From: Lama guanicoe | Lineage: Eukaryota | Length of the DNA stretch: 64,000 nt | Direction: 5' to 3' | NCBI GenBank assembly: GCA_013239625.1 | Contig: MU053557.1 | Span: 4,308,123-4,372,122, forward strand | Shown here: positions 52,874-61,530 of the stretch, piece by piece | Layout of the letters: each line of letters starts with the position of its first letter | Numbering within the stretch: the stretch's first letter is position 1 | Notes under the pieces: model-generated | Told to the model about the DNA's origin: nothing | Databases searched by the model: none | The model's input: the letters and a program-made list of their open reading frames with translations, nothing else | Translations under genes and position numbers: made by a program

Positions 52874-54819
52874 ACAAACAAAACAAAAATCACAGATAGA
52901 AGGAACAGAATGGTGTTTGCCAAAGTGGAGAGGCAGTGGGGAGTGGGTGAACAGGTGAAGGGGTCAAGAAGTACAAACTTCCAGTTATAAAATAAATAAG
53001 TCATGGGGATGTAATGTACAGCATGGTGACTATAGTCAGTAATACTGTGGAGCATACTTGAAAGTTGCCAAGTGAATAAACCCTAAAAGTTAACTATGCA
53101 TGGTGACAGACGGTAGCTAAACTTATTGAGGTGATCATCTCACAATGTATACAAATATTGAATCATTATGTTGTACACTTGAAACCAATATAATGTTATA
53201 TGTTAATTATACCGCAATAAAAAGAATTTTTTTTTAAAGATGGAAGCCAGGCCAAAACCAGAATAAGATTTTTTCCTAAGGTGTCCAGATATTGGCGTGA
53301 GGGCATTCTCTGGCTCCTGGAGCCTTACTCCTAAGTCAAATATTTGTTTGGTAAATCAAAACATGTTTTTCTTTTTTTTTATTCTGTTCAGCAGGTCGGA
53401 AATGACAAATCAGTGTCTTAAGGGATTGACAAAATATGTAATTAGACACTATCAATCACCATAAAAGAGCCTGCTTTTTCTTACATCAGATAAAGATGCA
53501 TTTAGCCTACTAAGAACTTTCCAGCTCAACTAAAGCATTAACTCTCTAAGGCCACAAGCACAGTAAGCAGTGCTCATCACATTCCTCTGCTGGGAAATGA
53601 AGCCACAGTGTTGGGCAATGAAAACATGTAAGGCCAGGAACAGACCTGGCCTCCCAACCTTTCCTGCCACCTACAACACTTCTTATTCCTGCACTTTGGC
53701 TTCCTCATTTGCAAACTGGAGAAGTCAGGGGAATAAAGTAAAGAAGCTATTAAAATCTTCCCCATTCTAACTGTCTTTAATCCTATAATTCTAAAAGGAG
53801 ATCAGGAAAAGACCCTTGGTGTGTAGACAGCATCTTGAATCCTATCAGCTCAGCAATACAGAAGAGAGGTAGGGGAGAGACTGAGAGAGAGGTATTGTCC
53901 TTTGGCAAAGCTGGTACGCAAAGGCCTGGAACTTTGTGGACAAAAGCAGTCTTCCCCACTAGATTTAGTGATTGTGGGTTTTTTAAAAGGTGTCACCCAA
54001 AATATTCAAAGTTAAATTTTTAAGTGACTTATGTGTCTATCTAAATGATCAATTAGTGTTTGTCCTGGAAGGGCTTTCTTTGTTCTTTTCTTGTTATGAG
54101 AAGGTTAAACAATATGTTTGTTTATTCCATAGTTTCACAAACAGGAAGGAGGCTTTACATGGCTCGGTTCCACAGTTCAAGGTAGATACATATTTAAAGA
54201 AATGTTGCATAACACACACTGCCTCTTCCTAAAATGCATCATACCCGAGTCAATTTTAGAAAACACAAATATGGGTGAGTATATTTTGAAAACTATGTGA
54301 ACATAATAGATTCTTAATTAATATTTGTGGCTGTTATGGGAAACATTTGTTTTTTAAGGCCATCTGTCATGCAAAAACAATTTCTGCTAGTGAAGGAAGT
54401 TAAAGAGGGCATGTAGGTTAAATTTTATTTATGAGTTCTAGAGTAACTTTTGTTATTTTTGTAATGCCCAAGTAACTTTTGTTCTAAAATATTTTAGTGT
54501 TCTATTAAAGAAGACTAAAAACATTCTAGACCATTAAGTAATTTATACAAATTTCATTTATACCTATATTTGTGTGACATTTATATATGCAAAAACACTA
54601 TCTCACTTATTACTATATCATTTGATTTTACCTCAGCCCAATGGAAGTGACTATTCCCCATTTTGACATGGACAAAATTAGGCTCCATATTTTTTATTTG
54701 CCTGAGAAAAGTGAGCTAGAAAGTTCTAAGAGGGAGATTTGGAACTTGGTATTCCTATTCCAATTGTAGTCCTTCTTCCCTATCCCCCATTCTTTTCTGC
54801 AGTGGTGATGCAATACTTT

Positions 54820-55065
54820 GAAAGGATTAAAAAATGGGTTTTAGAGTCAGGCAGAATCAGGTTCAACTCCTGCCTCTGGCACTGCCTGGCCCTGTGCCTC
54901 TGGGCAAGCTAGTTTCCTCTTTGAGCCTCATTTGTGAATTAAGCTAAAAATAGTTTCCTCCCCTCACCAAACAAATACACACAACATGAGATTGTGGGAA
55001 GGATTAAATGGAATAATGCATAAAAAGCACACAGCAGAATGTTCCATAAATGTTAGCCATTGTTA
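54820..55065 (+). mobile_element. MIR SINE
   Basis: ttagagtcaggcag...ggttcaactcctgcctctg...tgggcaagc...gattgtgggaaggattaaatg. Confidence 0.75.
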
Positions 55066-55319
55066 TGTTATTATGTAATCTAGAAAATATGTTTGGTTAC
55101 ACTCGTGAAATACTTTCAGTTTTCCAAAGACACTGCTAATACATGTGAAATCAAATCCTGAAAATTAAATTATTTTTAACAGTAAAGTCATAGGCCAGAT
55201 ACAAAGGGTAGTGTTTCATGGAGAAAGACCCTAGTTTGAAGGCTTGGTCTGACTTTTTTTTAAGAGAAATTATCTTTTGCTTTCTGTGGTTTCAAAACAG
55301 TCCTAATGCTAACACATTC

Positions 55320-55393
55320 TGAGGTATATGAAATTGCCATTTTTCAAAGTCAGAAACTATAGAATAGTGGCAATTTCATACGGCTTAACCTAA
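55320..55393. mobile_element. MADE2-like mariner MITE
   Basis: Perfect inverted repeat tatgaaattgcca (55327-55339) / tggcaatttcata (55368-55380), ending aacctaa. Confidence 0.8.
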
Positions 55394-56329
55394 AAAATCA
55401 ACACTATGCAGATCATTTTTTTAGTTGCAAAAGGATTACTGAAGTATAGCTTGAAAGGAAAATTATTCCATTTTCAATGCATTTTCATTTTAACAGACAC
55501 TGAAGGAGTGATGATGCCATACTCACTAAAATTCTACAATTAAAATTAAAGCATACAACTTTCTTTCTGTTCCCCAACCACATACATGTATACCCCAGCT
55601 CCGAATGAAATCTCACGGATAAAATTATGTCTCAATGCCTGCAAATTCCCAAGGAGGGCACCAAAAGCACTGGATAGCCAGCGTTCTGAGGAAATCGGCA
55701 ACTGTTGAAGTCACCTCCTGTGGTTTTGCCAAATGTTTGAAAGGGAATCTGCCCTGAGTCTATGTATTGGGGGAGAGGGGGAGTGGGTGGAGGTCCAGGG
55801 TGCAGGAATGAGGGGTTTGGAGTACCTGGATGGCGACATCCTTGGCTGTGGAGCCCTCCTCCTCCAAGTGGGCGTTTGTGTGTTGTTTACGTCTTTGTGT
55901 GTGTGTGCCCATTGCCTTTGTGCTTCTGGGTGCTCCTGGGTTTGTTCTTTGCCTCCTCTTGTGTTGGACAGGGGTGACTTTGTGCCAGTAGTCTTCTGTG
56001 CGTGCGCGCGTGTGCTTGTCGGTGCGCTGGATGGGTGTGTCTGAGTGTCGGTGGCTGTGGTTCGGTATAGGTCTGTGCATGTCGAGGTGCAGTGTGCCTG
56101 TCCATGCGTGTCTCGGGGGGCACTCTATTTCTGAATGAGAGGAAATGCCCGCGTACTGCCCTGTGCCCTGAGATCTCAGGCCGCACGGGCACCCAGGGCA
56201 GACAGGTAGCAGCCACAGAAGAGCCAGCAGCTGCCGGTCTGCTGGTAAGCCCGCCAGCCCCCGCTTCAGCCCTCGGGCCAGTCAGAGTAGCCGAGAGGGA
56301 GTGGTGGCCCGCCCGCTCGCCGGGAGAAG

Positions 56330-56500
56330 CTGGGCCCCGCCCGGACCAGCCCCGGGATGGGGCGGGAGAGGGGAGGAAAGAGGCGGGAGAGGGGAGGGGG
56401 CCTCGCCCCCTTGGGGCTGCCCGCGCGCCATTGGCCGAAAGTTCCAGCACGTCACGGAAAGGGCAGGTCCCCTAAAGTCCTGTGCACATAACGGGCAGCG
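56330..56500 (+). promoter_or_regulatory. ADRB2 core promoter: GC boxes, inverted CCAAT (ATTGG 56430-56434), CRE-like GCACGTCA (56447-56454), CATAA element (56487-56491)
   Basis: Motifs seen directly; order matches my recollection of the human ADRB2 promoter (CCAAT - CRE GTACGTCA - gcacataacggg). Confidence 0.8.
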
Positions 56501-56617
56501 CGCACTCCGAGGCAGCTTCTCCAGAGCGCAGGCTGGGACCGACGGACACCGCGAGACCAGAGCACCCCGGAGCTGAGTGCACCACACGCCCCCACCATAT
56601 CCATCCACGGCCGCTGT

Positions 56618-56677
56618 ATGAGGCTTCCAGGCGCCGGCTCGCTGCTCGCAGCGCCCCGCTGGAGGTCCGCCCGCTAA
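56618..56677 (+). CDS. 5'-leader uORF (beta-upstream peptide), 19 aa [19 protein letters not shown]
   Basis: ATG at 56618, TAA at 56675-56677, 97 nt upstream of and out of frame with the ADRB2 ATG. Same length and termini (MRLPG...SAR) as the known human ADRB2 leader peptide. Confidence 0.9.
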   Translation: MRLPGAGSLLAAPRWRSAR

Positions 56678-56714
56678 GGCGCGGCCGGTGCGCTCACCTG
56701 CCAGCCTGCGCGCC

Positions 56715-57971
56715 ATGGGGCAGCCCGGGAACCGCAGTGTCTTCTTGCTGGCGCCCAACGGAAGCCACGCCCCGGACCAGGACGTCACGGAAGAACGGGA
56801 CGAGGCGTGGGTGGTGGGCATGGGCATCGTCATGTCGCTCATCGTCCTGGCCATCGTGTTTGGAAACGTGCTAGTCATCACAGCCATCGCCAAGTTCGAG
56901 CGTCTGCAGACGGTCACCAACTACTTCATCACCTCCCTGGCCTGTGCTGACCTGGTCATGGGCCTGGCGGTGGTGCCCTTTGGGGCCAGCCACATCCTCA
57001 TGAAAATGTGGAATTTTGGCAACTTCTGGTGCGAGTTTTGGACTTCCATTGACGTGTTGTGCGTCACGGCCAGCATTGAGACCCTATGCGTGATCGCCGT
57101 AGATCGCTACCTTGCCATCACGTCACCCTTCAAGTACCAGTGCCTGCTGACCAAGAACAAGGCCCGAGTGGTCATTTTGATGGTATGGATCGTGTCCGGC
57201 CTTACCTCCTTCTTGCCCATTCAGATGCACTGGTACCGGGCCACCCACCAGGAAGCCATCAACTGCTATGCCAAGGAGACCTGCTGTGACTTCTTCACGA
57301 ACCAAGCCTATGCCATTACCTCCTCCATCGTGTCCTTCTACTTGCCCCTGGTGGTCATGGTCTTCGTCTACTCCAGGGTCTTCCAGGTGGCCAAAAGGCA
57401 GCTGCAGAAGATCGACAAATCTGAGGGCCGCTTCCATGCCCAAAACCTCAGCCAAGTGGAGCAGGATGGGCGGAGCGGGTCAGGACACCGCAGAGCCTCC
57501 AAGTTCTGCTTGAAGGAACACAAAGCCCTCAAGACTTTAGGCATTATCATGGGCACTTTCACCCTGTGCTGGCTGCCCTTCTTCATTGTCAACATTGTGC
57601 ACGTGATCCAGGATAACCTCATCCCTAAAGAAGTTTACATCCTTCTAAACTGGGTGGGCTATGTCAACTCTGCTTTCAATCCTCTTATCTACTGCCGGAG
57701 CCCGGACTTCAGGATTGCCTTCCAGGAGCTTCTGTGCCTACGCAGGTCTTCGTTGAAGGCCTATGGGAATGGCTGCTCCAGCAACAGCGATGGCAGAACT
57801 GACTACACAGGGGAACAGAGTGGATATCACCTGGGGGAGGAGAAAGACAGCGAACTGCTGTGTGAGGACCCCCCAGGCACGGAAGACTTTGCGAACCGGC
57901 AAGGTACTGTGCCCAATGATAGCACTGATTCACAAGGGAGGAATTGTAGTACAAATGACTCGCTGCTGTAA
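56715..57971 (+). CDS. ADRB2: Beta-2 adrenergic receptor, single coding exon, 418 aa
   Basis: ATG in strong Kozak context (gcgccATGg). Translation [21 protein letters not shown]...; class A GPCR motifs (TM3 D113 in SIDVLC, DRY, TM5 S203/S204/S207, CWLPFF, NPLIY), palmitoylated C341 and C-terminal PDZ ligand DSLL. The ORF track's GTG start at 56688 is 9 codons upstream of the recognised Met. Confidence 0.99.
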   Translation: MGQPGNRSVFLLAPNGSHAPDQDVTEERDEAWVVGMGIVMSLIVLAIVFGNVLVITAIAKFERLQTVTNYFITSLACADLVMGLAVVPFGASHILMKMWNFGNFWCEFWTSIDVLCVTASIETLCVIAVDRYLAITSPFKYQCLLTKNKARVVILMVWIVSGLTSFLPIQMHWYRATHQEAINCYAKETCCDFFTNQAYAITSSIVSFYLPLVVMVFVYSRVFQVAKRQLQKIDKSEGRFHAQNLSQVEQDGRSGSGHRRASKFCLKEHKALKTLGIIMGTFTLCWLPFFIVNIVHVIQDNLIPKEVYILLNWVGYVNSAFNPLIYCRSPDFRIAFQELLCLRRSSLKAYGNGCSSNSDGRTDYTGEQSGYHLGEEKDSELLCEDPPGTEDFANRQGTVPNDSTDSQGRNCSTNDSLL

Positions 57972-58267
57972 TGCGGTTTTTCTACTTTTTAAGACCCCTT
58001 CTCCCCCTCAACAAAACACTAAACAGACTATTTAACTTGAGTGTAATAAATTTAGGATAAACTTGTATAGAGATGTGCAGGAGGAAGGACATCCTTCTGC
58101 ATTTTTATTTTTTATTTTTTTAAGCTGTAAAAAAAAAGAGAAAACGTGTTTGAGTGATTGTTTCTTGTACAGGTCAGTTCCTCTTTGCATGGAACTTGTA
58201 AGTTTATGTCTGAAGGGCTTCGGTCCCAGAGGACCTGGGGCTGCTATGTTTTGATTTTTCTGCGTAT

Positions 58268-58275
58268 CTACCTCA
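58268..58275 (+). promoter_or_regulatory. let-7 8mer target site CTACCTCA
   Basis: Exact 8mer complement of the let-7 seed; let-7 regulation of ADRB2 is established in human. Confidence 0.8.
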
Positions 58276-58497
58276 CTGGTCAAGTATTAGGGGTAACATA
58301 TTGCTGCTGGTAATCTGTATCTGAAGGAGACCTTCCTTCCTGCACCCTTGGACTGGAGGATCTTGAGTCTCTCGGACCTTTCAGCTGTGAACATGGACTA
58401 CCCCCGCCCCTCTTATTTGCTCCAACGGGGTATTGTAGGCAGGGATTTGAGGGGCAGCTTTGGTTGTTTTTCTGAGCAAAGTCTAAAGTTTACAGTA

Positions 58498-58503
58498 AAT
58501 AAA
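58498..58503 (+). terminator. Polyadenylation signal AATAAA (likely the major ADRB2 signal)
   Basis: cagtaAATAAAttgtttgaccatgcc about 530 nt after the stop, the context in which mammalian ADRB2 mRNAs end. Confidence 0.8.
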
Positions 58504-59161
58504 TTGTTTGACCATGCCTTCATTGCACCTGTTTCTCCAAAACCCCTTGACTGGAGTGTGGTTGCCTCCCCAACTGGAAACCGCAGGTAACTATCTGTAA
58601 TAACTGCCCAGTGACTTAATGTGGAATGACACAGGAACGACATACCCTGATTGCTTAACCCTTTCCTTTGCCTTTGAATCTGCCACTACAAACCTATATC
58701 TCTCCTAATGCTGGTGCCCCAACATCAGTTTTGCCTGCCCCCAGCACAGCTCATCTCGCTCTTCCTACAGGCATTATTCTGTTACATCAGTAACAGTGAC
58801 TCATAAAAATGGAGTTACGGGCATCTGTTGTATCCCTCCATGTGCCCCCACCACCCGCCTTCCAATTTTGCTTATTTCATAGCTGCTTATATTTTTATCT
58901 TTGCTATTCTTATAGTAGAAATCTTTGTACTGCATCAGGGCTTGGCATTTTATGGATAAGGAAGTTCTTGTGAAAAAGCTACTCAAACGTAGTCCTGTAG
59001 TTCCAAGGGAAATGGAAAGGTCGTGTGTTATAGGGGTAAAAGATGAAAAACACTTAACTGGTGAACACCTCCTGACCTAGAAATAGGGTTTGACCCCTCT
59101 CCTTCCGTACTGCTGTCCCTTTTTCCCCTTTCCCTTTGACTCTAGTCACTTCAGTATAAAT

Positions 59162-59378
59162 CAAGATTTCTCAATCTCACGCTATTAACATTTTCAACCA
59201 GATAATTCTCCATTGTGGAGGACTGTCCTGTACATTGTCAGATGTTCATCAGCATCCCTGGCCACAACACATTAGATGCCAGTAGCACCTCCTGGGTTGT
59301 GACAACTAAAACTATCTCCAGACATTGCCAAATACCCCTCCCTGGAGGGATGAAATTGTCCCTGGTTGAGAACCACAG
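59162..59378 (+). mobile_element. MER20 hAT-Charlie element, full length
   Basis: tttctcaa...ccagataattct...agcatccctggcc...agatgccagtagcacc...tctccagacattgccaaat...ctggttgagaaccac; degenerate 8-bp TSD gtataaat/ttataaac. Confidence 0.92.
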
Positions 59379-61289
59379 TTATAAACTTCAAAAATCTAAA
59401 TAAATTTTTAGATTCTGCTTTATATAACCGCCATATTTTGCAGAGTGTAAGGGATTTTTTACAGTTTACCCAGTTAGTGACAGACCCTGAGCCAGTGCTC
59501 TTTCCACTCTGTCACACTGCCTTCCAAGCTTACTCTCCAGCTGCCCAGACACTGTGAGACATGAACTGTTCGGGAGGGTTTATCAATGAAGGCGAGGTCT
59601 GTAAGCCATTACCGCCTGTTTGTGGAGAGATTATAATCCTGTTAAGAAGCAAGCAAGGGAAAATCACAAAAGTAAACACATTTCTTCCCCCACCCCCTTT
59701 CTATTTTTGCTTGTGTGTCTGAGCCAGAGCTTGGCCCAGGTTTGACAGAGTGGATCGTCCTCCTTGGCAACGCCAGCCTGGAGACGATCAGCCTGCAGGG
59801 TTCATTGCCATTTCACTCGCTCATGAAGCTGACTCCACTTCTTTCTTTCCTTCTGTCCCAGCCAAGGTCCCCAACCAGAAAAGCATTAGTCTCCTCCGCT
59901 TCCTGTCAGCTCAGCGATGGGGTGTCTGAGCGAGCCCTGAGCTCTCGGGAGAGAGTTAGGTGCCCGTGTTTCTAGAATGTGCCATGGCGAACTGGAGAGC
60001 ATGTGCCATTCAGCACTTTTGCTTTTCCTCCAAGGGCTTTCATACCTATTATCACATTCTTCTCCTGCTCTGGGCCCAACACTCAGAAATGCAGGCAGCT
60101 TCTCCAGCTAATCTTCACACTCCTCATAGCCTTGTGGGATCTTGGACTTGGAAGAGAAAATAAAGCATTTGACATCCACAGAGACCGAAAGCCTGAGAGG
60201 GGGGATGACCTGCCCAAGGTAAGAAGCCAAGGATGTCAGAGATGGGGCTAAAGCCAGGGAACCCGGCTGGGCACCAGGAACTGGTGTATTCTCAACACTG
60301 CATTGTCATTGAATTATACCCTCAGGCTCAACTGGGGAAGCTTTTCCCTGGGGCTGTCGCATTAACAAATTCATTTCAGCAGACATTTTTATTTCTTCCA
60401 GGTCCTTAATACAAAACGCAGGCAATAAACAAATAATCTGTAATAGGGGGAGGGGAAAGAATTATTCCTTTTTCTCAGTAAGAGTTCACTAGGATATCCT
60501 CAGCATTTAGGGAAATTTAGAGATTCCTCAACTGTGTATGACCTGCCAGGAATTTCAAGCCACTGCGGGTAGAAATTTCCCACAGTTTTTTTTTTCTATA
60601 AGTTGGAAACTTTTATCATTTGTAAGTCCCATGGACAGTAAATATTAATAAACAATGTTGCATATATACTCTTTTAGTTAGAGGAAAATCTAATGTAATT
60701 TCAGTTAAAAACTCAGCTATGAATGTTAATTCATAAACTCCCAGCTAAAAGGGAGTTTAGCTTAATTCGTGTCTGATTAGGAATACTTTTAGATCTTTGA
60801 TTAGTTTTAAGAGTTCTGACAAGCAAGAGCATTTTAGGCCTATCTCAGTTCCTTGCTTTCTATATTCTTTTGTTCTGCTTTGTTTCTTTTGGGGGCAGGA
60901 CATATTTGTCAGTGTCTTTCTGTCCCTCTATTTACCGACAGGTTGGTTACATAAGGTTTGTGTTGGATTCATCATAAAGTTGTCTTTGCCTGGACAGCAA
61001 GTTCTCGGAATCTGTCAAATGAGAACTTTATCCTGAGATGCAAGCTGACAGGTGTGCAAAGTGGCAGGGCAGGGTGGGCCGCCCCACTGAGATCGTTATT
61101 AGGAGAAGGAACCTGGGAAAAAGGGACCTGGGAAATAGGAACTATCATGACACAATGCTTAGAATGTTTCTGATGTACCCACTGCCAAAAAATATATATA
61201 TATATACCTAGACCAGAATCAGTCCAGGGGTATTTACAACTAATGTGTGCAGCAGAAGAAAAATATAAGTTTCAGTCTCTGAATTCTGG

Positions 61290-61530
61290 AGCATAGTATT
61301 AATAATACTACACAGATACCTTCTATGAAATCTTACTAAATGTTAGGGTCTGTGTTAGGCACATTTTAAGCATGATGTGACCTTGATAGTCTTATGAAGT
61401 AGGTAGCAAAATTGTCCTCATTTAACAAATGAGGGAACTGAGTTTCAGAAAGGTTAAGTCACTTTCCATAGCCACACAACCAGCTAGCTGCAGAATCAAG
61501 ACTGGAACCCAGGCCTGTGTGATCTCTGCA
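61290..61530 (-). mobile_element. MIR SINE
   Basis: cttatgaagtagg...atgagggaactgagtttcagaaaggttaagtcact. Confidence 0.75.

Larger units (their letters stand above)
50567..53246 (+). mobile_element. L1 with 1.2-kb 5' inversion (inverted 50578-51785, forward 51786-53222) and TSD aaagatggaag
   Basis: ORF2 fragments on - ([42 protein letters not shown]) then on + (KVNKWDY...[20 protein letters not shown]); TSD 50567-50577 and 53236-53246. Confidence 0.92.
56000..57130. promoter_or_regulatory. CpG island over the ADRB2 promoter, 5' UTR and 5' CDS
   Basis: Abrupt rise in GC and CpG density relative to the AT-rich, CpG-poor flanks; boundaries estimated by eye. Confidence 0.85.
57972..58525 (+). 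other. ADRB2 3' UTR
   Basis: Follows the TAA stop; contains a C-rich tract, a U-rich element (58102-58121), miRNA seed matches, and ends shortly after AATAAA 58498-58503. Cleavage position is approximate. Confidence 0.8.

Noticed and set aside
56688..56714. 9-aa N-terminal extension of ADRB2 from a GTG start (427-aa ORF in the track)
   Set aside because: Near-cognate codon in weak context; the ATG at 56715 has a strong Kozak context and matches the known N-terminus.
55887..56920. Long antisense and alternative-frame ORFs (187, 212, 127, 130 aa) over the promoter and 5' CDS
   Set aside because: Expected stop-codon scarcity in a CpG island and antisense shadow of the CDS; no recognisable domain.
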